DNA of 64,000 nucleotides from Octopus bimaculoides (Eukaryota), in NCBI RefSeq assembly GCF_001194135.2, contig NC_069002.1:26194961-26258960 (forward strand). Direction: 5' to 3'. The position numbers were made by a program, and so were the translations under genes. The notes beneath the pieces were generated by a model. That model saw nothing but the letters and a program-made list of their open reading frames with translations, did no database searches and had not been told where the DNA came from. This document shows positions 1 through 12,230 of the stretch, in pieces. Within the stretch, counting starts at the first letter, position 1. Each line of letters opens with the position of its first letter.

Positions 1-1462
1 ATATGAAGCAAAAGAAAGAGATTGGAAAGTTAATAATTGTTTATTACTGATAGCGAATTAATCATCTTCACTTACAGCTGTTTCAATTAATACTCAATAA
101 ATATTAAGTAATGTTAAATTTATATGACCTGACCATAATATCTTCAAAGGGTAAAAAATAAGATACCCTTGGATGTTTTATATGTGTTTATGAATTCATT
201 ATAGCAGACAAGGAGACAGAGGTGCATACATATACAAACACACGCACACACATAAAAGAATACACAAACACGGACATGCAAGTACATGAATATGCAGAAT
301 ACATACATACAGATGCACACACATACATATATACATATGCATACACACACATATATACATACACGTACATACATACATACATACATGCATAGGCACACAC
401 ACACACACACACACACACTGACCCACACACATGCACACAAACAAACAAAAAGGAATGCAGTGTAAATAACGGACAGTGTCAAAGCTATTAAAAAGGTTGC
501 AAGACGCAACGAAAACTTTAGGAAAATAAAAATAAGAAATAAGTGGAAATTTTACCGGTGAGTGTGTTAAATTATAAGGCACCAAAAGAGAATGACTCTC
601 TCCAGACACAACAGAATATGCTTCAACACACGAACTCACATAAAGAATCTTGCAAACCAAATCCAAAAACGAAATATGTATATATATATATATATATATA
701 TATNNNNNNNNNNNNNNNNNNNNNNNNNNNNNNNNNNNNNNNNNNNNNNNNNNNNNNNNNNNNNNNNNNNNNNNNNNNNNNNNNNNNNNNNNNNNNNNNN
801 NNNNNNNNNNNNNNNNNNNNNNNNNNNNNNNNNNNNNNNNNNNNNNNNNNNNNNNNNNNNNNNNNNNNNNNNNNNNNNNNNNNNNNNNNNNNNNNNNNNN
901 NNNNNNNNNNNNNNNNNNNNNNNNNNNNNNNNNNNNNNNNNNNNNNNNNNNNNNNNNNNNNNNNNNNNNNNNNNNNNNNNNNNNNNNNNNNNNNNNNNNN
1001 NNNNNNNNNNNNNNNNNNNNNNNNNNNNNNNNNNNNNNNNNNNNNNNNNNNNNNNNNNNNNNNNNNNNNNNNNNNNNNNNNNNNNNNNNNNNNNNNNNNN
1101 NNNNNNNNNNNNNNNNNNNNNNNNNNNNNNNNNNNNNNNNNNNNNNNNNNNNNNNNNNNNNNNNNNNNNNNNNNNNNNNNNNNNNNNNNNNNNNNNNNNN
1201 NNNNNNNNNNNNNNNNNNNNNNNNNNNNNNNNNNNNNNNNNNNNNNNNNNNNNNNNNNNNNNNNNNNNNNNNNNNNNNNNNNNNNNNNNNNNNNNNNNNN
1301 NNNNNNNNNNNNNNNNNNNNNNNNNNNNNNNNNNNNNNNNNNNNNNNNNNNNNNNNNNNNNNNNNNNNNNNNNNNNNNNNNNNNNNNNNNNNNNNNNNNN
1401 NNNNNNNNNNNNNNNNNNNNNNNNNNNNNNNNNNNNNNNNNNNNNNNNNNNNNNNNNNNNNN

Positions 1463-1502
<40 letters not shown>

Positions 1503-2494
1503 TTATTTCTGTATGTATATATATATATATATATATATATTACATACACACATACTCACACTACATAATCATCCGTTAACTTTCAAACTGTCCTTACTTC
1601 TCTTTTTCCTCCCCAACCTGACATTTTTTTTTCTTTCTTGTCATCATCTGACTTAATGTGAATTGTAATAAAACAACTTTAAAATAAAATAATTTTTGGG
1701 GAACAAAACGACATCTTTTTAGCTTGAAATGTCTGTCTGTTTGTCTCTGTTGTCCATCTTTGTTTAGCGATAATGAGAGGGACAGCTTCTTTTGTTTTGA
1801 TATTTCTCTTGAAGAAATACCATTTCTTCAAGAAGCAAATCTACTAATTTAATCGTAACCTTCACCTGAATGTCGTCTGCTTTGTGAGGTCAGTTCATAT
1901 TAGTCTGTCTGTTTGTCTGTATGGAGTAGCGAGGCTAATTCTATTAGCTTTACTTTCAATTTAAATTCAGTATATTTTGAACAAATGTCATGAAAATCAC
2001 GAAAATGTCTCTTATAGAGATTTCCTAACTAACTACTTTGCTTGTTGCAAGCTCAGTGACTGATTGTCTCTTGGTTTTCGAAATATTTCAAGCTGGAGCA
2101 AATTACTGCTATCTCAAGCAGACATATGTCCCCCACTGACAATGGGCACAAACAGCCTGAAACTGTATGGTCTGGTGATCCAGATGTTTGCTGGGAGATG
2201 GCAGGGGTTCGTTCCCCTGCTTGCTATATATACCGAGTGCAGATTGCATTGATAACCAGCTGGAAGAGACTCCTCCTGTGGTTAAAAATGGTAGTAACAT
2301 TGATGCCTATGGGACAGTCATATTGTTGTGGCAATAAAACAGTACTCTTCAGAATTGTTGCTATTGAGATTTTCTAACTACTTGGTTTATCTTAAAGGTG
2401 TTTGGTGGTTAAATTGTTATGGTAGTAGGCCAACAAGCCTTGGCCCCTGCAGTAAAGAACAGGTCACATGGCTACTTTTCCAACAGGCACAAAC

Positions 2495-3003
2495 CTAGCT
2501 GTGTGGTTAAGAAACTTGCTTTGGTACTATGTGGTTTTAGGTTCAATCCCATTACATGGCACTTAGAGCAAGTGTCTTCTACTATAGACTCTGGCCAACC
2601 AAAGCCTTGTGACTGGATTTACTAGGCGGAAATTAAAAGAAGCCCATCGCACATGGCTGTAAACAAACCAACACCAGTTGTTCAGAAGTGGTGGGACAAA
2701 CACAAAAACACACACACATACATGTATGTATGTATGTATGTCGTTTAACGACGACGACGACGACATACATACATACATACATACATACATACATACACGT
2801 GTGTGTGTTTTTGTGTTTGTCCCACCACTTCTGGACAACTGGTGTTGGCTTGTTTACATCCTTGTAACTTAGCAGCTTAGTAAAAGAAATTGATAGAATG
2901 AGTACCAGATTTTAAAATAAGTACTGGGGTCAATTTGTTTCACTAAACCCTTTGAAGTGATGCCCCAGAATGGCCACAGTCCAGCGACTGAAACAAGTAA
3001 AAA
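2495..3003 (+). mobile_element. tRNA-headed composite SINE, family A (head + microsatellite + tail), with internal inverted duplication
   Basis: Head GCTGTGTGGTTAAGAAACTTGC...CACTTAGAGCAAGTGTCTTCTACTATAG and tail ...GACTGAAACAAGTAAAA match many other copies in the window. Confidence 0.8.
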
Positions 3004-3256
3004 TACCCCATTCCTTATAGTGGTAAGTGGTATCTTCCACATGGTACCTATTTGAAGTTTATACAGTACCCTCACCCCCATTGTTTATAATAGTAAGTTG
3101 TATTTACCAAATGGTAACCATTTGGGATGTAAACAAACCAACAACAGTGTAATAGACTTAACCATTTGGGAGGTTAATGTCAATTATATTATGTTGTGTA
3201 AATCATTGGTTAGAGAAGGTCATCAAATAATCAGTTCTATATTTAAGGGATGAGAA

Positions 3257-3400
3257 ATTATTTACATTATTTACATTTGACAGATATTTGTCCTCATCTT
3301 GTTTGTTAACACAATGTTTCGGCTGATATACTCTCCAGCCTTCATCAGGTGTCTTGGGGAAATTTCGAACCTGGGTTCTCGTTCTTTAGGTATTTTTCAA

Positions 3401-3403
<3 letters not shown>
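3257..3403 (-). mobile_element. Short Penelope-like/retrozyme-type repeat carrying a minimal hammerhead fold (3308-3353)
   Basis: Inverted copy of 3797-3938; minus strand GACAC-CTGATGA-A-GGCTG/CAGCC-GAAAC-ATT-GTGTT. Confidence 0.6.
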
Positions 3404-3434
<31 letters not shown>

Positions 3435-3796
3435 GNNNNNNNNNNNNNNNNNNNNNNNNNNNNNNNNNNNNNNNNNNNNNNNNNNNNNNNNNNNNNNNNN
3501 NNNNNNNNNNNNNNNNNNNNNNNNNNNNNNNNNNNNNNNNNNNNNNNNNNNNNNNNNNNNNNNNNNNNNNNNNNNNNNNNNNNNNNNNNNNNNNNNNNNN
3601 NNNNNNNNNNNNNNNNNNNNNNNNNNNNNNNNNNNNNNNNNNNNNNNNNNNNNNNNNNNGTCGTTGTTCAGGTTAATGCCTGGAATCAAACTCGGAATCT
3701 TGGGGTTAGTAGCCCGTGCTCTTAACCACTACACCATATGCCTCCAAGATTCTGAGTTCAATTCCAGGTAGTGACCTGGATAATAATAATAATAAT

Positions 3797-3938
3797 AACA
3801 TTGAAAAATGCCTTAGGAATGAGAACTCAGGTTCAAAATTTCCCCAAGATACCTGATGAAGACTGGAGGGTATATCAGCTGAAACGTTGTGTTAACAACA
3901 AACAAGATGAGGACAAATATCTGTCAAATGTAGATAAT
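3797..3938 (+). mobile_element. Short Penelope-like/retrozyme-type repeat carrying a minimal hammerhead fold (3847-3893)
   Basis: GATAC-CTGATGA-AGACTG..CAGCT-GAAAC-GTT-GTGTT; inverted partner at 3257-3403. Confidence 0.6.
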
Positions 3939-4049
3939 CAGATAATCAGTTGGGAAGCTAGCTAACATCTAAAGATGAAGTCTATGTATTTTGATGCCAA
4001 CTTTCTCAAACACACACATGGACTAATTAAAATAAATTTTAAAATACAG

Positions 4050-4959
4050 AGTGTATTTTCATAACCTGCTTGTAACAGCCTCTAGTTCTATGATAGAAAT
4101 CCCCTTTTATAAAGCAATCTAAATTAGAACCTTCCTGAAAAATTTCCTGTTAATTTATGTTCCAAACATCGGTTTGATAATGATGAAGTTACTTCACTAA
4201 ATTCTTCATTAATTTTAGAATTAATTGAAACAAAATAAGTATATTTCAACAGAAATATTGTAACAAAAGAGTTTAACTACAGTAAATATAACTCTTGCAA
4301 CAAACACCAGATTAATAATGACAGAATTATTTGCGTAAGTTTTTCATTATTTTGAAAATTAATTGAAACATATGTAGTGCATTTTTACAGAAATACAGTA
4401 ATGGAAAGATTTAAATACTGTAAATTTAAACCTTGTAACAAACACCAGATAAATAATACTCTTTACTCTTTTACTCTTTTACTTGTTTCAGTCATTTGAC
4501 TGTGGCCATGCTGGAGCACCGCCTTTAGTCGAGCAAATCGACCCCAGGACTTATTCTTCGTAAGCCTAGTACTTATTCTATTAGGGTCTCTTATGCCAAA
4601 CCGCTAAGTTACGGGGACATAAACACACCAGCATCAGTTGTCAAGCGATGTTAGGGGACAAACACAGACACACCTATATATATATATCTATATCTTTATA
4701 TATGTGTATATATACGATAGGCTTCTTTCAGTTTCCGTCTACCGTCTTCTACTATAGCCTCAAGCCAACGCTTGAGGCTATAGTAGAAGACACTTGCCCA
4801 AGGTGCCATGCAGTGGGACTGAACCTGGAACCATGGGGTTCGTAAGCAAGCTACTTATCACACAGCCACTCGACAGTTATTTTGGTAAATTTTTTATTAT
4901 TTACAAAATTAATTGAAACAAAGTGTATTTGAACAGAAATATGATAACGAAAGGGTTAA
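4050..4959 (-). mobile_element. Tandem piggyBac-like MITE remnants (end AAAGGG|TTAA) interrupted by a SINE
   Basis: Three partial units ending CAGAAATAT..TAAC..AAAG(G/A)GTTAA; same family as 25210-25594 and 28750-29156. Confidence 0.6.
4457..4870 (-). mobile_element. SINE family A, full-length
   Basis: (TACTCTTT)n tail through ...CACACAGCCACT head; colinear with 10018-10396 and 13907-14291. Confidence 0.85.
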
Positions 4960-5274
4960 TATCATAATATGGTATTTAGTTAATGACATAGTATAGTAGT
5001 AAATTATTAAGATAGAATGATAGAGACTTTCTCTGTCAACATAGTATAGTATTGTGTTATCAACATAGTGCAGTAGTATGTTCTAATAAACATAGTGTGG
5101 CGATATATTTCTAATAGGGTGATAGTAAGTTTTGCATTAATATAGATGTACCCAGTGTAAGCTATGAACACATAAGAGGTGCAGCAACATCAAAGGAAGA
5201 TTAACCAGAAAGATAGCTTTCACGTGCGGCAGATGTACAGGGGCAATAAACACCACAGATGCTCAGAAAACAGA

Positions 5275-6386
5275 TTCCATCACACTCCATGGGGAGAAAC
5301 TAGTAGTTGATAGCTTCTGCTACCTAGGTGACCAAGTTAGTAGTGGGGGTGGATGCTCAAAGAGTGTTACCACTAGAATAAGAATAGCCTGGGCAAAGTT
5401 CAGAAAGCTTCTATCCCTACTGGTGACAAAGGGTCTCTCACTCAGAGTGAAAGGTAGATTGTATGATGCATGTGTGCGAACTGCCATGCTTCACGGCAGT
5501 GAAACATGGGCCATGACTGCTGAAGACATGTGTAGGCTTGAAAGAAATGAAGCTAGCATGATCTGCTGGATGTGTAATGTCAGTGTGCACACACGACAGA
5601 GTGTAAGCGCCCNNNNNNNNNNNNNNNNNNNNNNNNNNNNNNNNNNNNNNNNNNNNNNNNNNNNNNNNNNNNNNNNNNNNNNNNNNNNNNNNNNNNCAAC
5701 CTAGCAGCCGAGGGAACCTGTGGAAGAGGTAGACCCAGGAAGACCTGGGATGAGGTGGTGAAGCACGACCTTCGAACTTTAGGCCTCACAGAGGCAATGA
5801 CAAAAGACCGAGACCTCTGGAGGTATGCTGTGACTGAGAAGACCCGGCAAATAAAGTGAGTTCACAGCTGTAGCCTACACCAGTGTTGCATAACCAGCCC
5901 ACTCAAAAGTACCTTGGATCATAGGGTGACATGCTGTGCTTGAGGAGACCTATTGAGTCAAGTACATCAAACCCAAATGGAAATTGTAGTTGTGATCCCT
6001 GTGCTGGTGGCACGTAAAAAGCACCATCCAAACGTGGCCAATGCCAGCGCCACCTTGACTGGCTTCTGTGCTGGTGGCACGTAAAAAGCACCATCCAAAC
6101 GTGGCCAATGCCAGCGCCACCTTGACTGGCTTCTATGCCAGTGGCACGTAAAAAGCACCAACTGATTGTGGTCGTTGCCAGCCCCCTCTGGCCTCTGTGC
6201 TGGTGGAATGTAAAAAGCACTCACTACACTCTCAGAGTGGTTGGCATTAGGAAGGGCATCCAGCTGTAGAAACACTGCCAGATCAGATTGGGGCCTGGTG
6301 CAGCCTCCTGGCAAGGTCATACCCCCAGTCGAACCGTCCAACCCATGCCAGCAGGAAAACGGACATTAAACGATGATGATAATGAT
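5275..6386 (+). mobile_element. 5'-truncated RTE-clade LINE (RT C-terminus + 3' UTR, GAT tail)
   Basis: Translates FCYLGDQV...KGRLYDACVRTAMLHGSETW...RGRPRKTWDEVV, typical RTE C-terminal region; ends TTAAACGATGATGAT. Confidence 0.85.
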
Positions 6387-6530
6387 AGGTTTGATTGGTA
6401 AATTGGGCAGAGACAAAACTGGGCTTGAAAGGATTGTTTAGTCTTGCCGAGGGCAAAACAACCACACTAGTGCTGGTGCTAGGTGTCACCCCATGGCACC
6501 ATAGAATAAATAAATGAGATGCATCTAGTG

Positions 6531-6797
6531 CAGTGGTTCCCAAAGTGGGTGGTATTGCTTCCCTGGGGGCAGTGGAAAGTTCCAAGTAGAAAAGCGGGGT
6601 GATAATGGGGGAGCGATTCATGTAAAACCAACAAAATAATGAGTTCGTTAGGTTAAGTTTTATTTGTGAAATACAGTTGCTTTGAATTTGCTTCAGAAAG
6701 AGGTCTATGTTTGTGATGGTCAGTTAGGGGGGGGGGTGCTAGGAATGTGGCCTGGGTGTCAAGGGGGCAGCAGCCTGAAAAAGTTTGGGAACCACTG
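6531..6797. mobile_element. hAT (Charlie-like) MITE
   Basis: TIR CAGTGGTTCCCAAA / TTTGGGAACCACTG with perfect 8-bp TSD ATCTAGTG (6523-6530, 6798-6805). Confidence 0.9.
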
Positions 6798-7009
6798 ATC
6801 TAGTGCATTCTGTAAAGAGTTAGTGTTGGGAAGGGTAACCAGATGTCAAAAGGATGTTGACACTGAATCACTGGGACAACACATGGCCCTCAAACCTGTT
6901 GGATCTTGTCAACCATCCAACCCTTGAAAGAAAGCATAAGACGATGATAATGATGACGATGATGGTGGTGGTGGCAGTAATGAAAATGATGGTGATGATA
7001 AGATGATAG

Positions 7010-7596
7010 TTGTTGTTGTTGGCACTCCATCGCTAACGACGTCGAGGGTTCCAGTTGATCCGATCAACGGAACAGCCTGCTCGTGAAATTAACATGCAAG
7101 TGGCTGAGCACTCCACAGACACGTGTACCCTTAACGTAGTTCTCGGGGATATTCAGCGTGACACAGTGTGACAAGGCTGACCCTTTGAATTACAGGCACA
7201 ACAGAAACAGGAAGAAAGAGTGAGAGAAAGTTGTGGTGGAGGAGTACAGCAGGGTTCGCCACCATCCCCTGCTGGAGCCTCGTGGAGCTTTAGGTGTTTT
7301 CGCTCAAACACACACAACGCCAGGTCTGGGAATCGAAACCNNNNNNNNNNNNNNNNNNNNNNNNNNNNNNNNNNNNNNNNNNNNNNNNNNNNNNNNNNNN
7401 NNNNNNNNNNNNNNNNNNNNNNNNNNNNNNNNNNNNNNNNNNNNNNNNNAGCAGGGTTCGCCACCATCCCCTGCCGGAGCCTCGTGGAGCTTTAGGTGTT
7501 TTCGCTCAAACACACACAACGCCAGGTCTGGGAATCGAAACCACGATCCTATGACCGCGAGTCCGCTGCTCTAACCACTGGGCCAATGTGCCTCCA
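7010..7596 (-). mobile_element. tRNA-headed SINE family B with (CAA)n tail
   Basis: Reverse complement of 10674-11069; tRNA-like A/B boxes TGGCCCAGTGGTTAG / GGTTTCGATTCCC; segment duplicated around the gap. Confidence 0.85.
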
Positions 7597-8728
7597 CATA
7601 AGATGATAGTAAGTTTTAATAAAAAGAGTGTTGAAGTAACTTTTTCATATGGTATTGGTCGTGAACTTTCATAAATTCATTGTGATTGTAAATTCCGAAC
7701 TAATAGTCAGGATTTAATACTAATGCTTTAAGAAATGAATGCCACAGCATTGCATTCCCCAATTTTTATACCAGCAAATCATGCTCCACAGACACAACAA
7801 ATGTAGAATGGAGTCTAATTTAAAAATACACTGAACCAAATTCCCATCCAATCTCTGCTAAAACGGTGCAATATGCACGTCTGTCTTGCAGTATATGTCT
7901 ATATGTCTGTCTTTTGCACTTTGTGCACGAATGTTATTCATCTAAACCTGACATGTCTCTGGACTTATTTTCATCTAAAAATTACAATTCTATCTCTTCA
8001 CTAATATTTTCCTGTTTCCCCTTCACCACCCTAAGCGCTGCCCACCACCAAAACAAATAAATAAAAAAAAAACATGTTCATATTACTGGTCTTTCCAAAT
8101 ATTTTCCATTCCTTACCACTTATCTCTGAAATATGCATTTTTGTTTGTCCTTGTCTGGTTATTTTGACTGCTTTGTTTTAACCTCACCAACTTTACTCGT
8201 CTGCTGCTCTTGTCTGTTTGGTCTTGTGAATTCATCGTACAAAATTGGGTTTGTCATTTCATTGCTGCAGTTTTGAGATCTATTTATTTATTCTTGCTTC
8301 TGGTTTCTGTTTTTATATCTGTTTGCCCAACCATTTTACTGTTAGTTCTTCCATGCTATTTCAATATTTGCTCTTGCCATGTATGTGTATATATATATAT
8401 ATATATATANNNNNNNNNNNNNNNNNNNNNNNNNNNNNNNNNNNNNNNNNNNNNNNNNNNNNNNNNNNNNNNNNNNNNNNNNNNNNNNNNNNNNNNNNNN
8501 NNNNNNNNNNNNNNNNNNNNNNNNNNNNNNNNNNNNNNNNNNNNNNNNNNNNNNNNNNNNNNNNNNNNNNNNNNNNNNNNNNNNNNNNNNNNNNNNNNNN
8601 NNNNNNNNNNNNNNNNNNNNNNNNNNNNNNNNNNNNNNNNNNNNNNNNNNNNNNNNNNNNNNNNNNNNNNNNNNNNNNNNNNNNNNNNNNNNNNNNNNNN
8701 NNNNNNNNNNNNNNNNNNNNNNNNNNNN

Positions 8729-8926
8729 TCCTACATATGTTTCAAAGGATTACAACCTGTGTGATCCATAGGGATCTTTGATATTAAAATTGTAACCTTC
8801 TCATCAGGGAAAGCATGGAAATCATCTTAAACGTAAGACATTATGACCTGATGAGAAGATTACAATTTTAATATCAAAGATCCCTATGGATCACACAGGT
8901 TGTAATCCTTTGAAACATATGTAGGA
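8729..8926. repeat. 80-bp inverted repeat, each arm a hammerhead-like fold
   Basis: Arms 8729-8808 and 8847-8926 differ at one position; each reads CTGATGA...GAAACATATGTA on its strand. Confidence 0.8.
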
Positions 8927-9419
8927 ATAAAGTATGCAATTATAACATGCGTTTTCTCCATTCCTTAAATTCTTATATATATATATACACGTTTGTATGT
9001 GTGTATGCATGTGTGTCTGTTTTGAATGTTTTGTGTGTGAGTGTGTGTCTGTGTGCATGTGTGTTTGTGTCTGTGTGCTAACCTACTCTTAATGTCACCC
9101 CTGCAGAGTCTTTGTGTTGTAGTTGTTATTTAACCCTAGGTCAGCTCTGAATGAGAAGACCTATGATCAAAGACATTCCAACCATGACAGTCCTGTCCTT
9201 TTTTCCAAGCAGTATATCTAAAACAATGTTATCCAGTGTGTCCTTCTTTTTAATTTAAGACAGCAACATCTAATTCAAGGGCAAGTTAGCTGCTATTTTT
9301 AATCAATTGAACCACCCTGTAGAGACGCATTGGCATGCCACTATGTATTATATCTTCATTGGAAAATGATAACCAAATGGATCAATTAATAGGGATATTG
9401 GCTCAACTATTTTGCAGCT

Positions 9420-9590
9420 AGGTGTGGACGTGACTCTGTGGTTAAAGAGTTATCTTCCCACCAATGTGGTTCCAGGTTCAGCACCACTGCATGGCACCTT
9501 GGGCAAGTGTTTTCTATTATAGCCTCACTGTCAACCAAAGTCTTGAGACTGGATTTTGTTGACAGAAATTGAAAGAAGCCTTTCACCTAT
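9420..9590 (+). mobile_element. SINE family A head
   Basis: GTGGTTAAAGAG...GGCACCTTGGGCAAGTG...GAAAGAAGCC. Confidence 0.75.
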
Positions 9591-9629
9591 GTGTATTTAT
9601 CTGCCCATTTCTCAGTTTATTTACTTATC

Positions 9630-9920
9630 TGTCTATCCATCCCTCCATTCATCTGTCCGTCCATCCGTCTGTCCATCCATCCGTCTGTCCGTCCATCCGT
9701 CTGTCCATCCATCCGTCTGTCCGTCCATCCGTCTGTCCATCCATCCGTCTGTCCGTCCATCCGTCTGTCCGTCCATCCGTCCATCTGTCTGTCCGTCTGT
9801 CCGTCCATCCGTCTGTCCGTCCATCCGTCTGTCCGTCCATCCGTCTGTCCATCCATCCGTCTGTCCGTCCATCCGTCTGTCCGTCCATCCGTCTGTCCGT
9901 CCATCTGTCTGTCCATCCAT
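9630..9920. repeat. Compound tetranucleotide array (CCGT/CTGT/CCAT) with 16-nt higher-order unit
   Basis: Recurrent CCGTCTGTCCGTCCAT; source of the PSVR/DGQT pseudo-ORFs. Confidence 0.9.
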
Positions 9921-10017
9921 TTGCTTTTGTAGACAGAAATTGAAAGAAGCCTTTTATGTCTTTGGGGTTGAATATCTTGTTGCTAATAATGTTATGAGAA
10001 CATTGCGGTGTGCATAA

Positions 10018-10182
10018 GGGTGTGGCTGTGTGGTAAGTAGCTTGCTTACCAACCACATGGTTCCGGGTTCATTCCCACTGCGTGGCACCTTGGGCAAGTG
10101 TCTTCTACTAAAGCCTCGGGCCGACCAAAGCCTTGTGAGTGGATTTGGTAGACGGAAACTGAAAGAAGCCCGTCGTGTATGT

Positions 10183-10216
<34 letters not shown>

Positions 10217-10396
10217 TTGTGTGTCTGTGTTTACGTCCCCGTAGCTTAGCGGTTCGGCAAAATGAGACTGATAGAATAAGTACTAGGCTTACAAAAGAAT
10301 AAGTCCTGGGGGCGATTTTCTTGACTAAAGGCGGTGCTCCAGCATGGCCACAGTCAAATGACTGAAACAAGTAAAAGAGAGAAAGAGAAAGAGAGT
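10018..10396 (+). mobile_element. SINE family A, full-length, low divergence
   Basis: Complete head, (TA)n/(TG)n centre and GTAAAAGAG tail; CpGs retained. Confidence 0.9.
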
Positions 10397-10673
10397 ATAT
10401 GGTTATCTAGAATAACCTTTTACAGAATTGATATGTTCATGCAGAACGTACTCCATACTACGCCAAGCGTACATATAATATCAAACTAACACACCAATCC
10501 AATATGAATGGTCAACGTTGTCAACTGCCGACAGTTCACACAGTTTCTTTATTTTATTGAAGTGCATCAGTTCACTTTTAGTCACGTGGGAGTTGTCTGG
10601 ATCCTTCCACAACAAAATCTCTCGAATGTGTATCTATTTCCCTGTTTGTCTATTTATCTATTTATCTGTCCAG

Positions 10674-11069
10674 TGGAGGCACAATGGCCCAGTGGTTAGG
10701 GCAATGGACTCACGATCATAGGCTCGCGGTTTCGATTCCCAGACCGGGCATTGTGAGTGTTTATTGAGCGAAAACACCTAAAGCTCCACGAGGCTCCGGC
10801 AGGGGATGGTGGCGAACCCTGCTGTACTCTTTCACCACAACTTTCTCTCACTCTTACTTCCTGTTTCTGTTGTGCCTGTAATTCAAAGGGTCAGCCTTGT
10901 CACACTGTGTCACGCTGAATATCCCCAAGAACTACGTTAAGGGTACACGTGTCTGTGGAGTGCTGAGCCACTTGCACGTTAATTTCACGAGCAGGCTGTT
11001 CCGTTGATCGGATCAACTGGAACTCTCGACGTCGTTAGTGACAGAGTGCCAATAACAACAGCAACAACA
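10674..11069 (+). mobile_element. SINE family B, full-length
   Basis: TGGAGGCACAATGGCCCAGTGGTTAGGGC head to GTGCCAATAACAACAGCAAC tail. Confidence 0.9.
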
Positions 11070-11214
11070 TATCCATCCGTCCATCCATTCATTTGTCCGT
11101 CTTTCCATCTATCCATCTGTCTATCCATCTGTCCATCTACCTGCCCATAACCGATGGAGTGCCAGGTATCTGTGTTCATGTTATCTTCATCAACCACTGG
11201 ACATCATTGTCTCA

Positions 11215-11460
11215 AGTCTTAAGAATCATAGGGGCGGTTATGTCGTTCCTCTGGCTTGTAAGTGACCGAGGTCAAAAGATTGTCCCTGACCAGGGGCCTC
11301 AGTTCAATGCAGGGTCACTCATTTACAGCTGAGTTGGCTGCAGCATTGTGAAACGAAGTGTTTTGCTCAAGAACATGATGCATCACCTGGTCTGGGAATT
11401 GAAACCATGATCTTGTGATCCTGAGTGAAAAACTGTAACCACTTGACCATGTGCCTTCGT
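11215..11460 (-). mobile_element. SINE family C variant
   Basis: CAGCTGAGTT...GTGTTTTGCTCAAGAACA...ACCACTTGACCATGTGCCT shared with other family C copies. Confidence 0.65.
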
Positions 11461-11849
11461 CTGCAGACTTGAGTAAAAGAATAAAAAGGAAACTGAATTT
11501 GTCTTTGAGACAAAGTAACTTTACTAAAGAACAGTATTGATAACAATAGAGTATTGATAACAATAAAGTATTGATACGCAGCTAGTGTGAGGGATTAGGT
11601 TGTGTTGAAAAAATAGCTGAGGTACCGTGTGTGTGTGTGTAGGCATGTGTGTGCATGTGTGTGTGTTGGTCTTTGACTAATTTTGTTGCCGTTGCTCCGT
11701 TCATTCCAATTGTCAACATCACGTGGGATGTTGTGGGTTTCAGCCAGACATGTTGATACAGGTTTGGTTTACGATCAATTATAATAGCACCAATGAAACT
11801 AATGTAAATTAGTCCAGAGCTCTGACTGGTTTCAAATCCAGGAGATTAA

Positions 11850-12230
11850 CTGTTGTCATCATTGTCGTTAACACCACCATCATCATCATCATCGTTACTT
11901 ATAATCAACATGACTGCTGTCGTCATCATCACCATCATCATCATCATCATTATTGTTGTTGTCATTGATATCATCACCGTCATGGTTCTTATTGCCAATA
12001 CCAACATCTTACTCTTAATGATAGTTATCATCTTCATCCTTCTCAGCAGCAGCATCATCATCACCACTAGCATCATCACCATGATTACCATCATCATCAT
12101 CATCGTTATCACTGTCATCATCATTGCTGTGGTTGTTACCGGAATCATCATCGTCTTCAATGCTACCACTGCCATCTTCATCCATCACCACCACCACTAT
12201 CATAATCATCATCATCATTACCATCATCAT
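11850..12230. repeat. Degenerate (CAT)n trinucleotide array
   Basis: Imperfect ATC/CAT/CAC repeats; produces poly-I/M/D/H pseudo-ORFs. Confidence 0.9.

Noticed and set aside
62-150. Hammerhead-like GAAACAGCTGTA on minus (also 62798-62820, 32265-32305, 63930-63950)
   Set aside because: Core CUGANGA or stems mutated, missing or beyond the window; consistent with decayed Penelope-type termini but not supportable individually.
144-1656. Long ORFs of 120-350 aa in the track (also 8210-8781, 21488-22345, 60009-60720, 61322-62256)
   Set aside because: They read through N gaps and TA/CA microsatellites; no coding complexity.
1807-1833. 12-bp hairpin TCTTGAAGAAAT-ACC-ATTTCTTCAAGA (also 19-bp IR at about 46280/46405)
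   Set aside because: Short AT-rich IRs without supporting context; may be chance or MITE relics.
2064-2377. GC-richer block with 60-80 aa ORFs
   Set aside because: No splice framework or recognisable domain; probably an old repeat.
7253-7545. Direct duplication inside SINE B (similar cases at 34365-34425 and 60083-60945)
   Set aside because: Identical copies flanking N runs indicate contig-overlap artefacts.
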